The position numbers and the translations under genes were made by a program. Source: Octopus sinensis (taxonomy: Eukaryota). Taken from it: a stretch of DNA of 64,000 bases. Positions 40,375 through 52,744 of the stretch are shown here, piece by piece (the stretch's first letter is position 1; every line of letters starts with the position of its first letter). The notes beneath the pieces were generated by a model. That model saw only the letters and a list, made by a program, of their open reading frames with translations, made no database searches and was not told the DNA's origin. The DNA is taken from contig NC_043007.1 of NCBI RefSeq assembly GCF_006345805.1, positions 36,084,001 to 36,148,000 on the forward strand, read 5' to 3'.

Positions 40375-40769
40375 TCTCTCTCTATATATAAAGCTGAAGT
40401 TGTCTGTGTATGGCAGGTTTGGTAGCCTTCAACTAACACTATCTTCTCCGAGTCCCTGTACCACAAGTTGACCAAAATTGAAAGTATGATAGAAGAAGGC
40501 TTGCTCTTCCTTCCGTAGAAGAAAAAATTCAAATCGGACCATGTTAACACCAAAAATTATTTACATCAAAAAGGTGCTTCTTTTTCTATGAAAATCCCTA
40601 TTTTTTACGATTTTTTTACTGCTGTGTTGCCATTTTTCAGTGTATTTCAACCAGGAAAATGTTCACTTAAAGAGAATAACAAGCTACATAATGCAAAAGT
40701 TTTACTTTTCAAAAATTCCAATTCTAAAGGGTTGAAACAAACCAGAGCAATGCCGGGCAATACTGCTAG
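40375..40769 (+). mobile_element. Non-autonomous Helitron
   Basis: A|TCTCTCTCTATATATAAAG 5' end; CCAGAGCAATGCCGGG degenerate hairpin then CTGCTAG|T; ends resemble those of 6444-6847. Confidence 0.75.
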
Positions 40770-41448
40770 TATATATATATTTTGTCCAAAATCACAGAGT
40801 AGGATGAAGTAGGAGAAAGAGTAGTATAAGTGAAGCTGAGAGGAGAGAAAATAGTAATTCTATGAAGAAGTAGTGAGAGTGAGAGAAAGTAATAGCAATA
40901 AGAGAAAGGAAGTGTCAAAGAGCATGTCGTGTATCTTTTATTTTTCTCCATCACGATGAATATCGAAGGAAGGGTTGAAAAAAAAATCAGCATTTCAACT
41001 CTGTGCGAGTATATATGTGAATATTTGTGTGTGTGCACAATGGAAATGGGATGGTGAACATTCAATGCTGAAAAGAAAAATCAAACAGCATTTCAACTCT
41101 GAGTATATGTGTGTATGTGTACAAGGGAAGTATGTGAATGTTTGTATCTGTGATTATTATGTACCTTATTCATATATAAAATATTACAATTAGCCGTCAT
41201 TTTTTACAGAACAGGGCCAGCTGGTATATATATATATAATTGTAGCTCGTGTAATTAGCAGGTATAATAATTATACTGATAATAATTAGTGGTAAGTTGA
41301 GTAGCTTAAGTTCCGCAGGTTGGGAATTGTTTTACTTATGTATTATTGTAGTTATTCTAGTTTACATTTTGTTGCTTTTATAGTGTTTGTGTGTGTGCAT
41401 ATATATATATATACACACATATATATATATATATATATAGTGTTTATG

Positions 41449-41493
<45 letters not shown>

Positions 41494-41496
41494 TAT

Positions 41497-41729
41497 AAGG
41501 CGGTGAGCTGGCAGAAACGTTAGCACGCCGGGCGAAATGCATAGCCGTATTTCGTCTGCCGGTATGTTCCGAGTTCAAATTCCGCCGAGGTCGACTTTGC
41601 CTTTCATCCTTTCGGGGTCGATAAATTAAGTACCAGTTACGCACTGGGGTCGATGTAATCGACTTAATCCCTTTGTCTGTCCTTGTTTGTCCCCTCTGTG
41701 TTTAGCCCCTTGTGGGTAGTAAAGAAATA
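41497..41729 (+). mobile_element. Full-length CpG-rich tRNA SINE (same family as 295-534; subfamily with TTTAGCCCCTTGTGG tail)
   Basis: AAGGCGGTGAGCTGGCAGAA head and GAGTTCAAATTCC B-box; antisense copies at ~39495-39706 and 44334-44751. Confidence 0.85.
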
Positions 41730-42189
41730 TATATATACACACATTTGGATGTGTGCATGCGTGTATATAAATATACATCTCCTGGGTCTGACTTTAAATT
41801 ACATCTGGTAGTGCCTAGTAGTGGGGCACTTGTTCAGGAATTTCAAGGTTTCAAGGAACGTGGAACTACTCCTTAGCCACTGTTGTTCCCAGGTCTGCTC
41901 TAAACCCTGAGTAGTAACACATGTCAGGTTCCCAGCTATGGCTTAATTAGCATATGAGGTGTCAATCTGTCTCAACACAGAGATGCAGAAATACCCTTGG
42001 TGGGTGTCAGGGCATGAAAGTCAAACCCTGCAGAAGTGAGGGATCCCTAGCTGTTGTCACAGCATCCTTTTAAGAGAGATACATCCGGATGTAAAACCTG
42101 TGGTTCCGTGTGATTACTGGTCATTTCACATCAGCCTGTCACTAGGTACCCACCGCAGAACCCCAGAGAGTGGTACTCATATTGTTCAA

Positions 42190-42770
42190 GTGTTTTCTCT
42201 CTCTTACACCCTCTCTCTTTCTCTCGTTCTATCCTTCTTTCCTTGCTCTTGCTCTCTTCCAGTCTCTCTCTTTCTCTTGTTCCCTTCCACTCTCTCTCTC
42301 TCTTTCTCTTGCTTCCTTCCACTCTCTCTCTCTTTCTCTTGCTTCCTTTCACTCTCTCTCTCTTTCTCTTGCTTCCTTTCACTCTCTCTCTTTCTCTTGC
42401 TTCCTTTCACTCTCTCTCTTTCTCTTGCTTCCTTCCACACACTCTCTCTCTCTTGCTCTCTTTCACTCTCTCTCTTTTGCTCTCTTTCACTCTCTCTCTT
42501 TTGCTCTCTTTCACTCTCTCTTTTGCTCTCTTCCACTCTCTCTTTCTTTCTTGCTCTCTTCCACTCTCTCTCTTTTGCTCTCTTCCACTCTCTCTCTTTT
42601 GCTCTCTCTCTCTCTCTCGCTCTCTTCCACTCTCTCTCTCTCTTGCTCTCTTCTACTTTCTTCCTCTTGCTCTGTCCCTCAGACTAGTTAACCATGTACC
42701 TCCTCTACAGCAACACACCCGTTACTGGCCTCAATCTTGTTCACTCTGTCTCTCTCTCTGACTGAGTAAC
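42190..42770. repeat. Polypyrimidine (CT)-based minisatellite
   Basis: Reiterated units TCTCTCTCTCTTTCTCTTGCTTCCTTTCAC and TCTCTCTCTTTTGCTCTCTTTCAC; explains the Leu/Ser and Arg/Glu ORFs here. Confidence 0.9.
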
Positions 42771-42981
42771 CGTGTATTACCTCTATAACAAGACACCTGT
42801 TTCTGTCTCTCCATCACACTATAACCTTTCATCATCTGGCACAAGATCACTTTCAATGCCACATCCTCTCTCATTGGATCTTTGTTTGGTAAGTTACGTG
42901 GTGACTCTGTCAGTGCTGATGCAATGTAAAAAGCATCCAGTCAACACTGTAAAGTGGTTGTTGTTTGGAAGGGCATGCAGT

Positions 42982-43278
42982 TGTAAAAATATGCCAAAAC
43001 TGACCTTGCCTGTACTGGTACCATGTAAAAAGCACTCAGTCCACTCTGCAGAGTGTTTGGTGTTAGGAAGGGCATTCAGCTGTAAAAATATGCCAAAACT
43101 GACCTTGCCTGTACTGGTACCATGTAAAAAGCACTCAGTCCACTCTGCAGAGTACTTGGTATTTGGAAGGGCATTCAGCTGTAAAAATATGCCAAAACTG
43201 ACCTTGCCTGTACTGGTACCATGTAAAAAGCACTCAGTCCACTCTGCAGAGTGTTTGGTGTTAGGAAGTGTATCCAGC
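42982..43278 (+). repeat. 3 x 99-bp tandem repeat inside an (ATG)n-tailed retroelement end
   Basis: TGTAAAAATATGCC starts at 42982, 43081 and 43180, with a variant at 43279. Confidence 0.9.
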
Positions 43279-44314
43279 TGTAAAAACCATGCCAAAACCG
43301 ACAGGAAAGCATGGTGCAGGCTTCTGCCTAGCCAGCTCCTGTCAAACCGTCCAACCCATGCCAGCATGGAAAGCGGACGTTAAATGATGATGATGACATA
43401 CACATGTCTTTTTTAGGAAGACTTTCTTTGTCATTCCATCTCCTGAAAGATCTATGGGAATGGAAGAGTGGTGACATATGCAGACCTGACTAGTTGGATG
43501 TGTACAGTAAGGTACAACTTTTGTCTATCGCTAATGCTTCAAGCCACGCAGATCTGCAATGGGATTGAATAGTCATTTGAGAGGTCATGAATGAAAAGCC
43601 AGAAATGCTACTGACGGTGAGGAAGTACAAGAAGATGGCAGTCGTCTGTGAAGCTGGAGTAATCACCATATAATTAAAAGTATTTATATAGTTGAGACAA
43701 TACTTCATGCTAACTACACTACTCATATGTGTATAGCACTAACACATGTCTCAGAGTAGAAAATCTTATATATGCTAGTAGTCGGATAATGTGTAGATTG
43801 CTATGTTACATTGCTGTTTTACAGCATGTGTGGAATTCAGGCTTAGAATCAACAGCTGAAAGCGAAAAAAAATACATTTGCTTCTTGCTCTGTTTGAAAC
43901 AAAATACTGCTGCAGGCAATATATCCCCCCCCACCACCACCACCACCACATGATGTGGGGGTTTTTTTTTGGTTTTTTTCTTCGTTTTTTTATGGGATTA
44001 TAAATAGATTGAATAGTGGTGCAGCAGGGCTGCTAGCATAACGTGTAATGGAACCAGAATGTTTACCCTAAGGTTTGCTCACTATGTGTTTCTGTCTCCT
44101 CTTTACATATCCTGAAGTAGATGATGTCAGCATCTGTTAATGTTAACCAAGGCTAGTTAAATAAGGTGGCTCGTGGTTGCATTGGGTTGTTGTAGAATTG
44201 TGCTGATGTATATGACTGTGATCTAAAGTTAACCATTATGCGTAATCGTTTCTACTAAAGCACATGACCTGAAATTTTAGAGGAGGGGGAAAGATGACTA
44301 GATCGACCCCAGTA

Positions 44315-44770
44315 CTCGACTGGTACTTAATTTTATTTCTTTATTGGCCACAAGGGGCTAAACATAGAGGGGACAAACAAGGACAGACAAAGAGATTAAG
44401 TCGATTACATCGACCCCAGTACGTAACTGGTACTTAATTTATCGACCCTGAAAGGATGAAAGGCAAAGTCAACCTCGGCAGAATTTGAACTCAGAGCGTA
44501 ATGGCAGATGAAATACCTATTTCTTTATTACCCACAAGGGGCTAAACATAGAGGGGACAAACAAGGACAGAGAAATGGATTAAGTCGATTATATCGATCC
44601 CCAGTATGAAACTGGTACTTAATTTATCGACCCCGAAAGGATGAAAGGCAAAGTCAACCTTGGCAGAATTTGAACTCAGAGCGTAATGGCAGATGAAATA
44701 CTGTTAAGCATTTTGCCAGGCGTGCTAACGATTCTACTAGCTCGCCGCCTTCTCGACTGGTACTTAATTT
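44315..44770 (-). mobile_element. Head-to-tail SINE dimer inserted into an older SINE of the same family; 19-bp TSD
   Basis: CTCGACTGGTACTTAATTT at 44315-44333 and 44752-44770; the insert is one full copy (44519-44751) plus one 5'-truncated copy (44334-44518). Confidence 0.8.
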
Positions 44771-45595
44771 ATCAACCCTGAAAGGATAAAAGGCAAAGTC
44801 AACCACAGCAGAATTTGAACTCAGAATGCACAGATAGGTGAAGTGCCACTAAGCATTTCACCAAGCATGTTTATGATTCTGCCAGCTTGCCACGTTACTC
44901 ATCATTATACATAATGATTTCTAGCGTTTGTACAGTACATATTTTGGGATGAGCAACTTGGTTTAATTCTCCTTGTTCCTCAATGTCATCAGTTTATCAT
45001 CCATGTTTCCATGCTAGCATGGGTCAGATGGAATTTGTTGAGGCAGATTTTCTACAGCCAGGTGTCTTTGTATCAGCAATGCTGCTCCCCTATTTCCAAG
45101 TAAGGTAATAAATATTTCCCCATAGCCAGGCATGCTTTTCATAGAAGACTAGAAACAAACCAACATCACTTGTATGCCAGTGATGCTCATGTACAACCAC
45201 ATGCGATGGGCTTCTTTCAGTTTCCATCAATCAAATCCACTCAAGGCTTTGGTCGGCCTGCAGCTATAGTAGAGTGCATTTACCCAAAATACTGCTGAGT
45301 GGAGTTGAATTCAAAAACAAACTTCTTAACCACATAGCCATATCATTGCTTCAGTTCTTATTTATTTTATATTGTGTGATTGTTGTTTAGCTGTTGGTCA
45401 GCTGTGATGTGTGACGTAAGGCATTCCAACCATGACAGTCACATTTTTTATTATTCAATGTTTGCCACACTATTCAGACCTATAGGTTGTCATTTGAGGG
45501 AGATTTGGCTGGTATTCCTAGTAAACCAAAATGACTATATGGAGACTCCCTCATTGATCCTTGTGATGATTGGTAAATGGAAATTGCAGATGCTC

Positions 45596-45781
<186 letters not shown>

Positions 45782-46621
45782 ATATGCATGTCTATTGGTA
45801 TGCTTGGTTAGAGCTGACCTGGGGCTAAATAGCAAGAGATGGCAACTCTGACAATAATATTGATGATCCTAGTGGGATTTGAACACTGACATACAGGAAC
45901 AAAAAGCCAATGCTGTACAAACCATTGAGAAAGAGCCACTGTGTGGTTGCTCAGCCTGCTAGAATGGCAGTTAAATCTTTCTCAAATCACAAATAAGGGA
46001 TATGTTGCTTGATGTGATTCCATAAAGAAGATGGGATGGTCATGGGAAGAATGCCTTTGATCAAGGATCTATTTGATCAGAGCTGATCTGGGGATAAATA
46101 ACGACTCAGTTTTAATGTTTTGAGTTCAAATCCCATCCAGGTCAGCTTTGCTTTTTATTCCTCCAGGATCAATGAAATACACTGACGATAAATGGTATTG
46201 ACTAACCTCTTCCTTTCAAAATTGGTAACTTGGTGCCTAAATTAGCTGTTAATTAACTAATAAAAAAGAAAACAATTTTACTCTTTTATTCGTGGCCATT
46301 GCCAGTACTGCCTGACTGGCATGTAAAAGCACCCACTACACTCTCGGAGTGGTTGGTATTAGGAAGAGCATCCAGCTGTAGAAACTCTGCCAGATCAGAT
46401 TGGAGCCTGGTGCAGCCATCTGGTTCGCCAGTCCTCAGTTAAATCGTCCAACCCATGCTAGCATGGAAAGCGGATGTTAAACGATGATGATGATATTCCA
46501 TTATTCTTTATTTGTTTCAGTTGTTGAACGATTGCCATGTTGGGGCTGTTTTAATTATTTAATAATTTTCTTTTAATTATTGATATCTCACTAAATGCTT
46601 GCTTTCCTTTTTTTATTGTAG

Positions 46622-46672
46622 GTCTTTTGGGAGACAATGGAATTCTACCAGCCAGAGTTGTTAAGCTCAAAG
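46622..46672 (+). CDS. LMF2: LMF2 coding exon 2 (GLLGDNGILPARVVKLK+E)
   Basis: Pyrimidine tract and TAG acceptor at 46619-46621; 51 nt, phase 1-1; donor AAAG|GTAAAT. The GL.G..GILPAR motif continues exon 1 in frame. Confidence 0.9.
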
Positions 46673-49086
46673 GTAAATCACCAAACTTTTCTTTTGACAA
46701 TTTTTTCAAAATAGTCGCAATAGAATCAGGTATACTTCTACGCTTGGTCCCACTGCATAGCACTTCGGATAAGTGTTTTCTGCTTTACTCTTGGTTCAAC
46801 CAGTGCTAGCTGGATGAAATCTGCTAAGCAGAAACCATGCATAAGGCTGATGTATCTTTTCTCTTGTTCTGGTTACAGTCATTACTGTGGCCATGCTGGG
46901 GCATACCTTGAAGAATTATAGTTGCACAAATCAACCCCAGTAGTGATTTTTCTTTTTTTTTTTTAAAGTTTAGTATTTATGCTGCTGGTCTCTTTCGCCA
47001 AACTACTAAATTACAGGTTTTTAGATACAACAATACCAGTGGTCAGTTGGTGGTGGGGGACAAACACACACCCACACGCACACAATGGACTTATTTCAGT
47101 TTCCATTTGCCAAATCTACTCACAGGGCTTTGGTCAGTTCAAGGCTATAGTAGAACATGCCCAAGGTGCCATCCAGTGGGACTGAACCTAGAACCATGTG
47201 ATTGGGAAGCTAACTTCTTATAACATTTTCATGCTTGTGACTATATTTGTCCGTCCATTGTCTATGTTTGTGAATACTTGTATAAGAATGAGTCCAGTAT
47301 TTCTTTTGCATCACAAAGTTAATGTAGCCAGTTGAGACACTGTTGCCTCTTGCTGAAAAGAATGGCTCTTATCATCATCATCATCGTTTAACGTCCACTT
47401 TCCATGCTAGCATGGGTTGGACAATTTGACTGAGAGCTAGCGAACCAGATGGCTGCATCAGGCTCCGATCTTGATCTTGCAGAGTTTCTGCAGCTGGATG
47501 CCCTTCCTATTGCCAACCACTCCAAGAGTGTAGTGGGTGCTTTTACGTGCCACTGGCAGAGGGCCAGTCAGGTGGTACTGGCAATGACCTCGCTTGAATC
47601 TTTTTACACATGCCACCGGCACAGGTGCCAGTAAGGCGATGCTGGTAACGACAACGCTCTAATGGTGTCTTTTACATGCCACCGGCATGGAAGCCAGTTA
47701 GCCACTCTGGCAACAATCATACTCGGATGGTGCTCTTGGCACCCTACTAGCACGGGGCTCGAGTGCCAATATATATATATATATGCATATGTATATATAC
47801 ATATATAGTTGAAATTCATACAAAAACAAAATTGGTATAGTAGTAGTTTACAAAGCTTTGTGAGTGACACAGAAATTTACATGAGTGAGTGGAGGCACTC
47901 TGCCAGCAAGAACATATTCTTGCTTTTTATTATGGCATATAGTGAATAGTCCATTGTTTGTGTTAGCTCATTTTTTTGGTATAATGTTCTGGACCTCTAG
48001 TGCAATAGCAGTAAGGAATGCTCAATCCAAGATATTAATTGGTTCAAATTCATGTGATTCCAACCTTCCTAACACCCATAGGGATCAATAAAATACACAA
48101 CTGACTGAAATAAATAAAAGATTAAAAGAAGCACCATATGAATCAATAGAACAGCAATTGTTCAGACTAATAACATATCTTTAGAGATGAATAGATGCTT
48201 TAATATTTACAACTATGCTACAATTTGATTGATTTCATTTCATTTGTCATCAGATATCTTATTCCTAGATGCATAGACAGTACTGGGAAGTTAGTGAAAT
48301 AGCAGGGTTCTTTGAACATTGGATTGTGTCTAAGATCTGTTATGTTTCCACAGGCTCAATAGGCCAGAGTTTATCCTGGTTTTTATGACATGTATGTGAT
48401 TGAGATTACAATTCTTTGTTCTGAAAGGAACACCAGTCTGTGGTTGGTGCCATGTAAAAGGGGCTGGTGCCATGTAAAAGGCACCGGTGCTGGTGCCACG
48501 TAAAAAGCACTGGTGCTGGTGCCACATAAAATGCGTTGGTGATGGGGCCATGTAAAAACAACCAGTACACTCTGTAAAGTGGTTGGCATGAGAAAGAGCA
48601 TCCAGTTATAGAAACCAACCCCAGACAGACTATGGAACCTGGTGCAGCCCCTAACCTTGCCACTTTCTATCAAGCCGTTCAACCCATGCTAGCATGGAAA
48701 ATGGTCGTTAACTGTTGATGAAACATGAAGGTTGTGTTGTTACACAAGTATAGATATTAAAGAAGAGGCTATCTGCACGTCTAGTAACATCTTTCCTCCT
48801 TATGATTTATACTCAAGCAACAACTAAGCCTTCACCTTTAAATATTTAAGTGCTTCGTGAAATCTGCTCCTATTCTTTATGTTCTGGTAGCAATAGCCAT
48901 GATAACACTAGATCCAAGCTGTATTGGCTCAAACCAGTGGCCTTTCTCTTGGATAAACATTGGTAGCCTGGAGAAGAGAGACTTTGTATATAGAAGCATT
49001 TGTCAGTCTTCCTCAAATAATCTCATCCAGGCTTGCACATGTATGGGCAGATTTGTAGTTAAACTTGACCAACAGAGGCCCTTTAT

Positions 49087-49430
49087 CAGGAGTCAGCAAA
49101 CTTCTTATACTACTGACCCCTTTAGGGAATCGTTGATAACTTGTTGCCCCCATTAAGAACATTTTTTTAGATAAAATTAAAGAATATAATTTAATGAAAA
49201 ATTTTTCGATTTAAAAACAATAATTCATTCTTTTTGTATCATTATCACTTAAGAAATATTTAAAGAAATTTCATAAAAATACATAACAAAATTGATAAAG
49301 AGCAATAAAAATTCAGTCATATTTAATGTGAAATCTTTATTTGGTGAATACTAGTTTATGCTTTGGCATTTGGTTGGAAATTAGTAAGTTTTAGCATTAA
49401 GTTACCATGCTCTTTCAGACTCAGTTTGCT
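49087..49430 (-). mobile_element. hAT (Buster/Charlie-like) 3' end fragment
   Basis: Terminus CAGGAGTCAGCAAAC at 49087; minus-strand remnant LSLKEHGNLMLKLTNFQPN resembles hAT C-termini (..GDLRLKLT..QPN). Confidence 0.5.
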
Positions 49431-50064
49431 AATAATTCAGCACACTTAATGCTCAAATTATTTCAGGTACTTATTGACCTATTGGATAACCACATAGACA
49501 CTGCCCCACCTTGTACCATCAATGCTGACCATGTTTCTGTCCTCTTACCTATATTTGATTCAAACTTGAGCCTTTATTTCTAAACTGGGAGTAGAAATTC
49601 TCTAATCCATTAGACTACTAATGTATGTATTTTGATTTCTTAAGGTTAAGGTTTATAATCTGGAAACTTAGAAACAAGCATAGCTGTATGGGTAAGAAGC
49701 TTGTTTCTAAACTATGTTGAGTTCAGTTCCACTGCATAACACCTTGGGAAAGCATCTTCTGCTGTAGCTCTGGACTGACCAATGCCTTGTGAGTATATTT
49801 GCTAGATAAAAACTGAAAGAAGCTTGTACATATGTGCATACATATCTGTATTTGTATATCTGTCTGTCTTACTCAACCTCTCTGTATATCTCTCTTTCTC
49901 TGTCTCTCACTCTGACTTTTTCTCCAACTCTCTAGCTTGCTGTATAGCTCTCTGTATATCTTTCTCTTTCTAGCTTTCCCTTATCTCTCTTTCTTTTTAA
50001 CTATCTAACTATCTTTATCTCTCTCTCTGTGTATCACTCATTTATTTATCTATCTATTTTATAG

Positions 50065-50267
50065 AGGTCAATTCAGTTGTGGATTTCTTCCAAGGGGAAT
50101 TCACTCTGCTGCGGCTGATGCCCTTCATTGGGCTCACCCGAGAGACAGGAATGGACCTGCTGTGCCTACTGGGTATTCTCTTGTCATTCCTGTGTATGGT
50201 GATGAAGTCTTTCCGGAACAGTGTAGAATATAGCTTCCTTTGGCTGCTCTACATATCTTTGTACTCA
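50065..50267 (+). CDS. LMF2: LMF2 coding exon 3 (EVNSVVDFFQGEFTLLRLMPFIGLTRETGMDLLCLLGILLSFLCMVMKSFRNSVEYSFLWLLYISLYS)
   Basis: Acceptor ttttatAG at 50063-50064; 203 nt; donor TCA|GTAAGT. Hydrophobic segments; same frame as ORF 50079..50417. Confidence 0.9.
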
Positions 50268-51045
50268 GTAAGTAATGTTTTAGCTTGTTTATGGTGTTGT
50301 TGTTTTAACCTCTGGTCAATCCTGACTGAGCAGACCTATGATCAAGGGCATTTTTTCCATGGCTACTCTGTCCTTCTTCTGGGCATTGCATGTCTTGGGT
50401 TACATTATTTAATGTGATCTTCCTTCCTCAAAATGCTAAGTCCTAATTTCAGGGCGATTTGGCTGCTAGTTCTTGCAGGAGATTGAACATGTAGAAAAGC
50501 CCTCCGAAGTATGGCATGAAATGGTCTGCTGTAGTCTATTGCAGTATTTGGTCTGGTGCTGATTAGCCCTAGGACAACTCAGAGGGTGGAAACCTATGAT
50601 AACAATAAAAAGCATGCATGCTTGTTTATTGTAATGTACGCACAATTGTGTGGTTAAGAAGATACCTTATTTGATGGCATTGTGTGAAATAGGGTTTAAG
50701 CTCTTGAACTCATCATAATTGTATTTTTGCAAGTTCAATTCGTGGAGCAGGTGGAATGTCTTTGAGCAAGGCACTTAATTTCACATTGCTTCAGTTTTCT
50801 CAGATGAAACCGAATACCAGTTGACAGCTGCTATAGCAGTCTAGCCTTTCAGCTGTCACATCCTCAGTGTTCTGCTGGATCAAGGAGTGTGAAGGCTGAT
50901 AAAGTATCTATCACAGCTCACAACCACGTAAGCACCTAAAATAATTAGCAAAAGTACATGGTACATGCTATTAGGTCATGCGTGCTTGCACGTGACATCT
51001 ATGTTGTTTTTGTTATGTGTGTGTGTGTGTGTGTGTGCATGCATG

Positions 51046-52318
51046 TTGGGTCATCCCATAAATAATGTGGATTTTTCAATTGCATGAACTAAAGGTCAGT
51101 AGGGGACGGGATAAACTACTTGCATCAACTTGCTATAAAAGCAGTTAGTAATTCTACTTTGTACTTATTCTTAGTGCAAGTTTTGAAGAGTGCAGTTTGA
51201 TTTTAACAGTTATTTCAAAGCGTATAGAAGTAACAAAAGAGCATATTTGGCATATTTTGCTTTATGAATTTAATAAAGGCAACAACACAACAGAAAATGC
51301 AAGGAATATTAATGCAGTATATGGGGATTTATCAATAAGCGTAAGCCAGTGTCAATAGTGGTTCCAGAAATTCCAAGCCAGAAACTACAGCCTAGAAGAC
51401 AAACCTCATCCTGGAAGATCTTTAGTGCTTGATGAGGATGTCTTGCAAATCCTGGTAGAACAAAATCCCATCATAACTGTTGAGGAACTAGTAGAGAAGC
51501 TTGGATTTGGTCATTCAACCATTCATCGACACCTGCATGCCATTGGAAAAGTCAGCAAATTAGGTCAATGGGTTCCTTACCAACTTTTCGAGTCTAATCA
51601 CCTGCAGAGAGTGAATGTGTGCTCTTCTTTGCTGTATTGTCTCATGAATGAACCTTTTTTGGATCGAATAGTGACTGGTGATGAGAAATGGATTCACTAT
51701 CAAAATGTCAAGTGCTGAAGACAGTTAGTAGGGAAAGGAGAAACACTGGTACCTCAGGCTAAAAAAGGTCTTCACCCACATAAGGTGTTATCTTTTTGGT
51801 GGGTTATGAAAGGTTTAGTCCACTTTGAACTTTTAAACCCAAACCAAACGAATACAAAGGTGATCTATTGTGAGCAACTTGAGCGGCTTAAGTCAGTACT
51901 AGAAGAAAAATAACCATCTTTCATTTCAAGACAAAAGGTGTTCTTCCATCAGGATAATGTTTTGCCTCATACAGTGAGGATGTCATTCCAAAGGCTGGAG
52001 CATTTTGAATGGGAAATGATGCCCCACACACCATATTTGCTGGACATTGCCCCATTTGATGATCATTTATTCCGCAGTCATCAAAATCATTTGGACAGAA
52101 AAAGTATGAACTTTGTAGATGAGGTCAGAACAGTACTGGAGGAGTGTTTTTCATCATGCACAAGTGAATTTTGGAAGAGGGGCCTTGCAAGTCTACTATA
52201 TAGATGGAAAAACATTGTAGAAAATGAAGGAGAGTATATTTTAGATTAAAAAAGAATTTTATCTTAATTCTGAAAATTAAAAGTATAAAAAAACTGCATT
52301 GTTTATAGGATGACCTAA
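51046..52318 (+). mobile_element. Full-length (1273 bp) DD34D mariner element in LMF2 intron 3
   Basis: TIRs TTGGGTCATCCCATAAATAATGTGGATTTT vs TTAGGTCATCCTATAAACAATGCAGTTTTT (24/30); length typical of mariners. Confidence 0.93.
51224..52249 (+). pseudogene. Mariner transposase pseudogene (341 codons in a single frame)
   Basis: ATA in place of ATG; stops at 51356 (TAG), 51716 (TGA) and 51911 (TAA); motifs GQWVPY, VTGDEKW, HQDN and DIAPFD; 34 residues between the second and third Asp. Confidence 0.92.
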
Positions 52319-52473
52319 TGTGTGTGTGTGTGTGTGTACACACACACACGCACACATATATGATGTATGTATGTATATAGTTAAAAGTGTGTGCATTTTG
52401 TAAAAAATTTTTTTAAAAAAATGATCTAGCATAGGTTTTTTTTAAAGGTTTATTTTTTCTTTCTATTTTTAAG

Positions 52474-52502
52474 GTTGGCCAAACATTTTTCTACTTCCAG
52501 TG
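52474..52502 (+). CDS. LMF2: LMF2 coding exon 4, 29-nt microexon (VGQTFFYFQW)
   Basis: tttttaAG|GTTGGC...CAGTG|GTAAGT. Conserved LMF motif VGQ.F..FQW, whose split Trp codon is completed by exon 5. Confidence 0.92.
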
Positions 52503-52744
52503 GTAAGTATCACACCAATTTATTGTTTTCAACTGTTGTGACATTGTGAAATGGATTTAAGTCTTTTAATGATTAATATTCCCTTACAAATGGAACTGTT
52601 TTAGTTCCAACATACAGTCTCAAATCAAATTGCTTGTCTGACAAGTACAAGTCTGATATTTGAAATATATATATTTATAAATACACATCCACACATATAA
52701 ATATATACATGCACATATATATATTCGCCATGATAGATCTTTAG

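Noticed and set aside
42100-42761. Leu/Ser- and Arg/Glu-rich ORFs of 110-195 aa
   Set aside because: Translations of the CT minisatellite.
42772-43383. 203-aa ORF with three 33-aa repeats; also considered as a CRISPR-like array
   Set aside because: Contiguous 99-bp tandem units with no unique spacers, derived from a retroelement end that occurs many times in the window.
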